64,000 nt of DNA from Parasitella parasitica NRRL 2501 (lineage: Eukaryota; Fungi; Mucoromycota), in contig MU619256.1 in assembly GCA_025201805.1 (NCBI GenBank), positions 101,356-165,355 on the forward strand, written 5' to 3'. Of the stretch, positions 11,990 through 23,900 are shown in pieces. Under the pieces are notes generated by a model. It was not told the DNA's origin and ran no database searches. It saw nothing but the letters and a program-made list of their open reading frames with translations. How positions within the stretch are numbered: position 1 is the first letter of the stretch; the number at the start of each line of letters is the position of its first letter. A program made the translations under genes and the position numbers.

Positions 11990-13100
11990 CGTCTATTTTA
12001 AGCCAGTGTTACCCATTATCTCTCTCAGACGTCTACTCAAACCGCTGATAAAATCACTGCTCCTTGGAACTATGGGGCTTCGTGTCGCCTCTTCTCATTA
12101 TATTGATAGTGAACATTGGCGATTGACATCCAAGTTGCCATTGTCAAGTCTATTAGTTCTTCCGAGGGTACCGAAACTATCGGCTCTGGTAAGGTAAAAT
12201 CTTGGATTGAAGCCTATGATGATCCATATTATTGACGGGAGCGTTTACGGCCTCCCTATCAAGTCTATCGGTACATATCTTTCTGATTGTCCCTTTTTCT
12301 GGCGTTATTCACTTGATCAGAAATCTAATACGTATACATTGATTTGATATTGCGGTAAACGCATCAACGATGCATGTGAATAAACTTTGCAAGTTTGGCT
12401 GAACAAACAGACGACATTCGCATCGCCATAATGCCTATTAGTTTGTTTGTGCAAGTTTGAGGGTTAGTTGTGGTTTCTCTCGTATTGATAATCTTAGTGA
12501 ATTCAGAAGTTGTTGCTTTTTGCTTGGTAAGACGGCAAGGTTTGCATGCTCGTGCATGTAGTAATTTCTGCCAGATTCTGTACGCTGAAGAATTTATCAA
12601 GAGTGACCCTGAAAAAAAAAAAAAAAAAAAATGAAAGCAATTCCCTTGCTTCGAACATCTTTCAATGCTAGTATCCCTGCTGCTTTGAAACATAACCGAT
12701 ATGAAGCCTAATTTAGATTCTGATATTGATTGCAAGATCTTTCAAAAGATCCTCCTAATGATTTGAAAAACATCGAACGAGATACTAGCTTCTGTAAACA
12801 CCTTGGTAAAGTTGCTAATAGCTTTGTCCAAAACTAAGCTAATGAATTTTTGTGCTAACAACTGCTTTCCGAATCTCTACCCGGTGTTGAGCATATTGTA
12901 TAATATTGAAAGTAGTGTTGTGAGCAGTGGGTATTGTCGCTGTAAACACAAATTACTCAACCAGGCTTTGCTCAAGTAAGCTTTTCTACCATGATCACCA
13001 TACTGGCCAGCTTGTCTAATCTAATCATGTCTCATTGTTTTGACTAATTCAGCACGAAAGGATTGTATAGTAGGCGTTTTGAACTAGCTTTTAAAGCGTC
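11990..13100 (-). mobile_element. Possible decayed LINE (L1/Tx1-like) reverse-transcriptase fragment
   Basis: Stop-ridden frames contain, in RT order: LVLDKA, IERCSKQGN (compare RGxxQG), HYGDANVVCL (compare YADD), PEPI, SLSI, ILSAV* (compare ILSKLW). Confidence 0.35.
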
Positions 13101-13207
13101 CTGGTAAAAATGGCAAGAGTCTTTTGGAACTGTTAAATATCTGGTCAGCCCAATATCTGTAAAAGGAGGTTCTATTTTCATGATCTTTTATGTGTATAAG
13201 TATGCAT

Positions 13208-15448
13208 TTATGGTGTATCTTTAGGACAGATCAATGTTTTATAATCCTTAATTGTGCCAGAAAACTTGTTGAGTACACCATCTGCACAAATCCAAATTTC
13301 GTTGCAGACCGTGTTGATGAATCTTTCATCGTGAGAAACAATGATAACACCACCTTTGAATTCAGCAAGTGCATCCTGCAGGGCATCCATGGACTCCATG
13401 TCTAAATGATTGGTAGGTTCGTCAAGAACCAGAATATGAGGATATTGCATACTAAGACATGCAAATGCAACACGCGACTTTTGACCACCAGATAAGGTCT
13501 TCATGACTTGAAGGCCTACCATGCCAGTGATACCAAACGAACCCAGATGGCGACGGTACTCTTCTTCTGTCTTGCCAGGAAACTGGTCAGCCATGAATCC
13601 AACGGCATGCTTAGTCAGGTCGAGTTGGTCAATGTGATGTTGTGTAAAGTAAGCAATGCGGAGGCGGCCATTGCGATGAACGATACCCGAAGAAGGCTTA
13701 TTTTCCTCGGTCAAAAGCTTCAACATGGTAGATTTACCAGCACCGTTGGGACCGACAACAGCAATACGAGAATCCATTCTCAAATCAATATTCACATGGC
13801 GGATGATAGTCTTTTCAGCGTTGTAGCCAAACGTAACTTCATCCATTTGAAGGATAGGCGGCGATATCTGGTCAGGATTAGGGAACTGGAAGGTAATCAG
13901 TTTCTCATCTTCAGGGGGCTCCAGTACGGGAAGCTTCTCCAAGATCTTGATTTTAGATTGAGCTTGAGGGGCACGCTTAGCATTGTATCTCCAGCGATCG
14001 ATAAAGTCTTGAAGATGTTTGCGATATTGCTCTTGAGATTCGTATTCTTTGATTTGGGCCTTGTGGCGTTCTTCCTTGGTCCCGTGAAAGTTGGTAAAGT
14101 TGCCCTTGTAGTATTCCAATTTCTCAGAGTGCATGTATAAAATGTCTGTGGCAACTTCGTCCAAGAACTCTCTGTCGTGAGAGACAACGAGCAACGTATT
14201 GGGCCAAGTTTTGAGGTAGCTTTCAAGCCAAACAATAGCAGGAATATCCAACATGTTGTCGGGTTCATCCAACATAAGGACGTCGGGTTTGCAAAAGAGG
14301 GCACGAGCAAGCGAGATTCTCATTCTCCAACCACCAGAGAACTCCTTGGTGGGTCTCTTTTGTTCTTTAGTTCCAAAGCCGAGACCAGCCAAGATAGCAG
14401 ACGCCTTGCTTTCGGCCTTGTCGCTCTCAATGTCACTGAGTTTGCTGAACACTTCCTTGAGCTCCGTGTTCAAATTGTCTTTCTCTGCTTCAATGGCCTT
14501 CTTTTCATCGTCATTGAGCTCTTGTTCATCTCTTTGCTTGGATTCGAGGTCGCCAATTCTAGCCGATAATTCGCGCTCCTTTCCGAGCAAATGCTCACGC
14601 CAAACATCCGCACGAAGGACCATTTCGATAGCTGGCGTTTCATCACCATGTACCTAACGTGGCAACGAATTAGTCGCATGGAAACAGCTGTATGCTGGCT
14701 GTACACTTACTTCTTGCTCGACGTACAAAAGCGAAATGTGTTGAGGGACAGCAATCTCACGACGAGACATGGCACGAAGAAGAGTAGATTTACCAATACC
14801 GTTTTTACCAACAACACCGTAGCGTCTGCCAAACGCAACGGTCAAATTAGCGTCTGTCAAAATACGTCGACCAGCAAACGAAATGTCAAAGTTCTCAATC
14901 TTAATGTCCTTATTCTTTCCTTTGGTAGTGGTGTAATCCAAGACGGGGTTGTACAGTTTGTACTCTTCCTGTAATTTCTTCTGTTCATCCAGCAAACGAG
15001 ATGCCTCGTATTGTACCTTCATATTGCTCTTTTCTTCACGCTTGGCCATCTTGGCAGCGATCTTGGCCTCGGCCTTGCGCAGCTTTTCTTGATTCACTTG
15101 AGACTGGATGCGGTGACCTGAGGTGTGCTCCAAATCAACTGTGCCTCTGCCTAGACTAGCAGTGGCAGATAACCCGCTCTGACTGCTCATTGTAAACGAG
15201 TTTTCCAGCTTGGAAAGCTTTACCGGGGCCGAATTCTTTTGATTTTCTTGCAGCAGCGCTGATAGATGTTCACATAATTCATCGATTTTCGTCTCGTCGC
15301 CTCCAGCATCAATGAGAATGGGCTTTACAAAATCGGTAATGGCATCTTCGTCATCTTCAAAGTCATTCTCTCTGAGGTAGCCATCAATGTATTCTATGAT
15401 AGCATTGTCAACTCCGGGAACTGCCTCTCTAATAAGCTGGATAGACAT
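13208..15448 (-). CDS. GCN20: ABCF-family ATPase, translational regulator Gcn20; intron 14654-14710
   Basis: Two ABC cassettes (GKNGIGKST / FSGGWRMR / LDEP and GPNGAGKST / LSGGQKSR / LDEPTNHLD), no TM domains, Gcn20/ABCF3-type N-terminus. Confidence 0.92.
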
Positions 15449-15709
15449 TCTATGAGATCTGCTTTTAACCCAGAAAAAAGAAGGGAGAAAGTATATAGTA
15501 AAAACTCGTATTCAGCCGCAGTACAAACATCTGGGTGGCTTGATGATTGCTGGCATTGCCTGCCTTGTTGATGAACGCTTCATCAACCAAAGTGACTCGA
15601 GATCCTGCTGGGTCGTTCTCTCTCTCCCCCCCCCCTCCTAGAGTAGATTTTTTTTTTTATTTTTTTTTATCTTCTTTCTTTTTTCTCTCGAAACAATACA
15701 AACCATAAA
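15449..15709. promoter_or_regulatory. Putative bidirectional promoter between GCN20 and eIF3L, with a 9-bp inverted repeat at 15567-15587
   Basis: Start codons face away from each other about 260 bp apart. Contains GTTGATGAA-cgc-TTCATCAAC and a CT/C-rich tract at 15617-15638. Confidence 0.5.
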
Positions 15710-17522
15710 ATGTATCAAGATATCTTTGAAGAGGATGATTTAATGGCCGAGGTTGAGCTCGTCGCTCAGGCCCGTTACTCTCAAAACAACGATGTTGAGA
15801 GCGGCTTTGATACAGAAGGTAGGCTGATTTCTTGGGAGGAGGGAGGAGGGAGGAGGGAGGGGTAAATGGCAGCTGCCCAGCGATTAACACATTGCCCAGC
15901 CGTCTCTTCTCAAACGACAACCACGCAAATCCCCGATGGTGTTAGAAACTTTATCCTCCATTTTTATCGCAACGTCATTGATAACAATGTCTATGAACTC
16001 CACAACATTTATGACAGCTCCTTTAACAAGTTGACCGAAAAGTACTATCAAAAGCAAGCGTGGCCTGAAGCCGAAGTCATCGCTCCTCTTGTCAATGACG
16101 GTAAATAAGAGCAAACAAACAGTATCGATTTACTGGGGAATTCAGCTACTGACTTTTTGCTATATAACGTAGACCAAGTTTTCTTGACATTGTACCGCGA
16201 ACTCTACTACCGTCATATTTACGCCCACTTGACTCCTACGTTGGACCAGCGTTTCCACTCTTATGAAAACTATTGCGACCTGTTCAACTACATTTTGAGT
16301 AACTATTTGCACAGCCTTCAACGTGAATGTCTCTGTTTGGCCAACTAAAACATTTTGCACATTAGACTCTGAGGGCCCCGTTTCATTAGAATTGCCCAAT
16401 CAATGGCTATGGGATATCATTGACGAATTCATCTACCAATTCCAGTCCTTTTGCAATTTCCGCGATCGCACCAAGAACAAGACAGACGCTGAGGCTGCCT
16501 TGATGCAAGAAAACTCGCAAATCTGGAGCTGCTACAGCGTTTTGAATGTCCTCTATTCATTCATCCAGAAATCTCGTATCAATGAGCAGTTATTGGCGAA
16601 TAAGAACGGGGGCGACATGACGGAGGCCGCTGGTGAGTACGGCTCTCGTCCTCTTTACAAAATGCTGGGCTATTTCTCCATCATCGGTCTCGTTCGCGTC
16701 CACTGCTTGTTGGGCGATTATGTTCTTGCCTTGAAGATGATGGATAACATTGATTTGAATAAGAAGGCCATGTTTGCACGTGTCACTCCCTGCCATGTCA
16801 CCACCTACTATTATGTTGGTTTTGCTTACATGATGCTCCGTAGATACGCCGATGCCATCCGAGTTTTCTCCACCGTCCTGTCTTTTATACAAAGAACCAA
16901 GCAATATCATTCTCGTTCATACCAATTTGACCAGATCGCCAAGAAGGGCGACCAAATGTACGCTCTTTTGGCCATTTGCATTGCTCTCTGTCCCACCAGA
17001 TTAGATGAAAACATCCACTCTCAACTTCGCGAAAAATACGGCGAGCAGCTCTTCAAGATGCAAAAGAGCGAAGAGTCGCTTCTTGTCTATATCGATCTCT
17101 TCCAATTCGCCTGCCCCAAATTTCTTTCACCCAGCGGTAAGGGTGCCGACGCCCATCAAAACCAGCTCAAGGTATTCATGTCGGATATCGATATCCAGAT
17201 CAACCTCCCCACTCTCCGTTCTTTCATGAAGCTCTACACGTCCATGGGCATTGACAAATTGGCTAAATTCTTGGAAATCGACTCTGAGGAACTCAAGACT
17301 CAATTATTGATCTTTAAGCAAAAGTCTCGCCAATACAAGTGGGTCGAGGGCAACCTTTTGCAGGGCGAGTATCTACCTACGTCAGATGTTGATTTTTGCT
17401 TGAAGCAAGATGTTGTGCACATTGCTGAAAGCAAGGTCGGTCGTCGTTATGGCGATTGGTTCTTGCGCAACATCAACCGTTGTGAAGACATTTTGGCAAA
17501 CTTGGAACTTAGCAGAGCATAA
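15710..17522 (+). CDS. EIF3L: Eukaryotic translation initiation factor 3 subunit L, 4 exons
   Basis: [11 protein letters not shown]; [22 protein letters not shown]; [22 protein letters not shown]; RRYGDWFLR. Confidence 0.95.
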
Positions 17523-17973
17523 ATTTACAACTGATTTCTCTTGTACACACCGCACATTTATTTTTACGAACCTTACTCTTTCTCTTCTTTTTCTTGTTGA
17601 ATTAAACTTGCACACAAACCATTTTGCCTCGGGAAAATCTGCTGCTCCAAGCTAGAAAAATCAAGATTGATTTGCCGTCATGTCATCAATCATGGAAAAC
17701 CTTTTCGTTTCACACTGATAAGACATCCTTAAACCAAAGACCGGGATTTCTTTTAATTAAGCAAGAAGCATGTCCATTTCTGATTTGGACGCTCTTGAAT
17801 GCCCGTTGAGCAGCACTTGAAGCCAACTTTTTGAGATTTTTCTCGGCAGATTTATGGCACCGGATTAAAAGATATTGCATTTGATAAAATGGAACCCAGA
17901 CCATGGTTGGAAAAAAAAAAAAAGAAAAACACGAACAAAAAGATGTGTGGGTACAGTTTCTTTTTTTAACAAC

Positions 17974-20171
17974 ATGTCAACGTTTGTCAGCGAACAAGTA
18001 AAGCGAATCAACGCATCACTTACGCAGTCATTTGAAAAGCACCTGGCCATCACTGCAAGCCTATCGTCGTTGGACGAGAGGGACAGATTTTTGCTTGAAA
18101 CGTCTCAAGCCATAGACTTGGGCAGTGCAAGCTTACCTTCCTTTGAAAAAGTGCAAGAGTATCTTGAAAAGTACAGCAAGCTCAAAAGCAGTCAAGATGA
18201 CAATGCATTAGCAACTGCTTCTGCCGCTGATCCAGCCCTTGAATGGCTTTTTGTAGCTAAATGTGCAATTGCTATCTATGGTCAAGTGTTCTCCAAGGTG
18301 CTCAACCTGACTTTACCTATTTCCGAGTCCATTGACTATTGGAACAGCATCCAGGGGAGCACAATAAACGAATTATATTACGCAATGCAAGGTAATGAGG
18401 CTCTTCTTGTTATATAACTTGGAACGGCATGTACTGATCTTTTGGACAGTCGCACCGCATCGCATTTATTCGCTATTAAAGAATACAGTCAGCCAGATCA
18501 ACACCGCATCTTCTGCTGTTGATCAAGTCAAATCACTCTTTACATCTTCCGACTATGTTTTATCTCAATTGTTCCCTATTCACGGCAGCACTGTTGGCAA
18601 GAACAAGGAGAAAAAGCAATCTCTCAAGCCCTTTAATGCGTTCAAGTTTTTCAACCTGTCTTCGTATCATCATCGTCCATTGATCCTCGAGATAATCAGC
18701 GATGAAGTTAGCCTCAAAAAGAAATCACTGCAGCAATTTCGCTCGGAACAGGCGGCCAGCTTGGGGGTTTTGCTCCTGACGCCGCCTCAGTTTAACAGCG
18801 AGGCTGATTTTGCAACTGCAACTGCAAAGGAAACCAAGAACTGCATCGAGGTGATTAAATACGTAATGGGATCATCTTTCAAGACCGCCGACAGCGATAG
18901 CAGCATCCAAAAGAACACACATCATCTGCAGCAACGGCTTAGTACGATGGACTTGAAAGGGACATCTGCAAATGATGCTACGGTAGAATTGTACAACCTA
19001 GTGAGAAAATGGTCTTCCACTTACAATGGCAAACTGCAATGCATTCAGTCATCATACGGCATGCCGTCCTTGATGACACGCTATTGGATCCCAGCACTAG
19101 GCTCTTACTTTGTTGGTAACATTGCCATCCGCTATGGATTCAAAAGAAAGAATGATATCATACACTGGATTGAAGAAATCGGTAAAACGGCACACGATTT
19201 TGTGCTGAATTGGATTTGGGAGCCAGTCGTCAAAGTCTACGGGACAATAAGGCTCAAGGATCAAAGATTAAGCCTACTGAGTAAGGAGGGGCTTCAAAGC
19301 GACCTCGATGTAAGCTGTTCTGAAGCATGCGAAAAGAGCTGTCGTTGACATTTTATTCTAGTCACTAGAGCGTATGGTGGTCGGCTTTGCAAGAGACAAT
19401 CTGCACATGTCAGAAAACGAATTATCTCGCCTAGCTATAGATATTCGTGAAGGCGATATGTCTGTGCTATTAAAAGAATACGAAAAGGAGATCAAGGTAA
19501 GCAGTGGATTTTCAACAAAAAGCGTTATATATATATATATATATATACTAACATTCTCTTTAGAACCCCTTGAAAAATGTTATCGTAGGTGATTTGTTGC
19601 AAACTATCCTCATTCAAGTACAAAAGACCAAAGTGGATGTCGATTTGGCCATGTCTGCATTAGACAAACTACTCAAATCAAACGAGTTGAATTTTGCCTT
19701 TTTAGGTATGTACTTTTTTTTTTAATTGACAAACACGCCTTTATTGTTCCTAATTTATATGCAGCGGTTGCACCATCAATGCTTTTGACTTGGGCCTCTG
19801 TTTCTTGGTTTAAAAACACGATACAAGGAAGATCACAGCAAAAGATGAAAAAAACTGGCATCCCAATGAAAGAGACACTCCGTCGTATAGAAAGACAACT
19901 GATCGTTGTAGAACCAATCCAGAACGATAAAGGAGAGCTCAATGAATGGAGTAGTAGTAACGATCAACATCAAATTGAGTGTGAAACGCAAGGAATTCTA
20001 CTGTGTGAAGTCCATTTATTGCGTGCATACGCTCGCTCGTTACCCCTTCGAAATTCAACTCGTGCACGATTTTTGGAGGATATCCGAGACTTGGAAAACC
20101 CATCGTTGACAAACGAACAAAAGATTCAAACCATTGCCCGAATGAGTAGATTTTGGAGCTTTTTAACTTGA
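17974..20171 (+). CDS. NCA2: Nuclear control of ATPase protein 2 (Nca2), multi-exon
   Basis: RYWIP; NWIWEPV...TIR; SDLD/SLERMV; [32 protein letters not shown]; FLEDIRDL. Confidence 0.88.
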
Positions 20172-20469
20172 TTTTTTTTTTGTTGATGTTTGAATGAAAT
20201 TCTGATCATTAATCCCAATTCTACTCAATGCTAATCACAACGCATTTCCCATCGTCATCGAATATAGATATATATATATATATACTATTTTCCTAAATGT
20301 TCTCCTTATCATAAAAAGAAACGTTACGTTACAATGGGAAACCCCCTTAATTTCAACTGTCCTGAAATAGATTTCCTGTTGTCAATAAATACCGTATTTT
20401 CTCTCATCGCTGTAGACTTTCTTTCTATCACTCATACACATAACATTCTGCAGAAAAGGAAAGAAAGAA

Positions 20470-20755
20470 ATGAAGTTAGCACTGGTACTCTTGTTGGCTA
20501 TCTACTGCATTCTCGCTAGTGCAATTCCTGATACAGTCTCCCAAAATGGTATTGCTGAATCTGGCCCATTCACAAACAAAGTCTCTGGCTCTGGCAGCAG
20601 CGCTCAAACATTCAGTCAGTCGACCACTGAATACACAACTCAGGATGGCCGCACCATTGTAAGTGATAATACCAACTTTCAACGTAGCTCTTCAAACGGT
20701 TACAAATTCCAACCAAAATCCTGGATCATTGCAACTACAATGTCATTAATTCTTT
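20470..20755 (+). CDS. Small secreted Ser/Thr-rich, probably GPI-anchored protein; 3' end lost in an assembly gap
   Basis: Signal peptide MKLALVLLLAIYCILASA, S/T/G-rich body, then SSS followed by hydrophobic WIIATTMSLIL running into the Ns. Confidence 0.6.
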
Positions 20756-20820
20756 NNNNNNNNNNNNNNNNNNNNNNNNNNNNNNNNNNNNNNNNNNNNN
20801 NNNNNNNNNNNNNNNNNNNN
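20756..20820. other. Assembly gap (N run)
   Basis: N run adjacent to a poly-A tract. Confidence 0.99.
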
Positions 20821-20975
20821 AAAAAAAAAAAAAAGAGAACAAATGATGTAACAAATCAATATGTTACAAAAGACCAGTTGAAAGAAGAAATCTCAAGACA
20901 ATTGACTTTAGTGAGCAGCAGGAAGAGAAGACTGTCATATTAAATCATCCATCTTGTTTATTATCAGAGCTTGTC

Positions 20976-23900
20976 TCATGCTGTAAAAGATCTATTATGA
21001 AATAAAGTAGACTTATTAGTATGGTATTTGTAGAGCTCATCAAAAGTAATGTTGTTTATACCTGACCATGCGTTATGTTCAAACTCATACACGATCTTTT
21101 CAGCATCAGAGCTCGTCATGTTGTCCATTGTTCCACTAATTGCGTAGTACTGGATGAACACATCCTCTTCAGTGTCATCCAAAGGTAGTGTTCCTGTGTC
21201 ATTAATTCTGTTGACGTCGCATCCTCGAATATCAGTTGTTAAAGACATCCTTCGGATGGACAAAGCAGTGGCTCTCCTTGAAAGTATTTTTGGCAGAGAC
21301 ATCCTTTCTTCTTCAGAAGATATACTAGACGCAAGAGAAACCGTCTGCCGTGCAATCATGGTTGATCTTCTAACAGGAGGGACACCTAATGTGATTGGTG
21401 TAATCGCAGCAGAGTTTCTTCTTTCCAGCAAACGTTTTCCTCCATTAGCAGATGTAGCAAAACGATCAGGTAACCGCAGTGAATGCTGTTGACCCAGCAA
21501 TATTGTGTCTGCTACTTTGATTGAATCCAAGCTTTGTTGTCGTGCCTGATCTACTACGATTGTTGGAACTATACAATTGACATTAGTTTTTTTTTTTTTT
21601 TTTTTTTTCCTTCACACCTTCAGTAGAATGAACTTGTTGGCTCGGGGATCCAGTTTTTTGATTGCTTTGATTTGTTGATCTACCAAGCTGAAACAATGGG
21701 TTTGACCTTTCACGCTTTGGAGATGCTAATCTACTGCCTGGCCTCAACCAATTGTCCATTATAATCAAATTATTGCTATTGCTGGTCAAGATTTGACTAT
21801 TTCTAGCTATTTGGCGCTTTTTCAAGTAGTTTCTTCTCTGGATCACCATATTCACTAGTCCTTTGGCACGTTCAGTCGCTAATTGTTTGCCAATCTTGTC
21901 TTGGATTCTAGCACGGGTTACTAATTCATCAAATCTGTACAAGCGTCGTGTTAATCTGCGTGTCGTAATATCGAGTACTTTGTATATGAATGAGGTCTTA
22001 CGTAAGTGATTTGGATATGTCTACTAGTCGAATTGCAAGAATCTCAAGCATCTGATAAAAAGCAATGCCGCGATGTGAAGCAGTATTTATGATTTCCTAC
22101 ATACCAGCAAGTTGGCGCAAAGCAATTTAATTTACGCTTGTTTGATTTATGAATACATACAAACCTGATAAACTTCAGCATATTGTCGTTTTCTCTCAAC
22201 GAGAATTTCCGGATTAATATTGGCCAACCTTTTGTTAAATTCATACAAATTGAAAAATCGCTCGCCCAAGGTGTTATTTGTTTCTGTTGCATCTGACAAA
22301 GGAACAACGATTAAATGTCCCGTGTCGTTATCAAGTTGATTGCTTGCATCTAAAAGCGTATTCAACTTGTGTTCTTTTTCGTATATGCAAATTGAAAGGA
22401 CACCCTCTAGTTGCTGTAAATATAACTGTTAGCATTGTATCGTTGAATGCCACTGCCACCTACACTTAGAAAGTTAGGGACATTGGCCACATCAATGAAC
22501 CCAGTTGCTTTGGGATCAAATACTGCCCACGCTTTTTTAAAACTACAACGATTTAGCATTCTAATTCCAACCAACATGTATATATATATATAGCCTCATT
22601 AACTTACTCTCGAAGGTCTGATCTTGTAATCAGCGTGAACTGATTTCGTTTGTCAAACGTAAAAGAGAAATTATCAATAACGATCTGTTAATATATAGTA
22701 ATAATCCAGAAAGTTAGGCAAACTCAAATAACTTGCAAAATCATACACTAACCACAGTGAAAAGGTTGACAAAGATATAAGTGCAAACAACATAGAAACT
22801 AATGAATAATAAAATGGCGTAGGTCGGAAATCCACAATCGTCATTCCCTACACATTCAGGTGGTCGAACAGTAAAATCATGCATCAAAAAATCCTATTTA
22901 CTCATGATTAACCATGTTTTCAGCAATAACACCCTAATGATTACCCAATTTTCACCAGTGGTAATACGAAACAATGTAAGTATAGTGTTGAACAATGATC
23001 TAAAGTTTGCATGTTCATTTCCGTAAGGTCCATAACGTGTTGATGAGAATTCTTCTTGAAAGGCTACACCGAAACACACAATGACAATAAAGAAAACGGA
23101 CGACACAAAGAAAATGGATGGCAAAGCTCGTCTATTTTGTTGCAATCAACACCAATCTACAGTAAAAATATGGATAGCGACAGAGAACACTTACTTTACA
23201 GATCTAAACAGTGTGTCTAGTGATTCATTACGCTGTGCTAAACGAAACGCTATACCAACCAAGCACAATTTTCTCAACATGTCCATTCCAAACTTCAAAC
23301 AGTGTGAGTAGTTGTAGCTTAAATCAGTATGAACTTACTGGTATATCACCAAAGTATTTTGGGACGGACGTAAATATAGCTAGCCATACTAGAACCATAT
23401 CATAAATATTCCATTTTGCAGATGCCCACTTGTATAGCCCTAGCCCAACTATTTTCACACCCATTTCTAACACGTAGAGACACAGACAAGTGGCATTTAA
23501 CGCATCTTTAGTCAGCAGTTAGTATACGATAATGTCTATACGCACGGTCTTACCTTGTAAATGCCCTAACCATTCGGGCTGATGCAAATGTTCTGTGGCA
23601 AATACCATAATATTTGCTGCTAGGACAGTAGCCATAAAATGTGCAAACTTGCCTCGCTTGTCAATGACTAAATCGTAGCAAAAGGCCCTTAACGAACCGT
23701 CTGGAGGCCTTTCTGATTTTCTAGACGGTTTTACCAGCGCTAGTTGTCTTTGCAAATCTTGAAATTGTCTTTGTGTATTTGTCAACGAAGATATGCCGCT
23801 TTTTTGTTTGAAAATCTCCAAAAATACCTAACACCAAAATCAATTGAGTTATTCTGCCATAGCTCCTAAATTTGCATACTTTACACCAATAAACAGCTGA

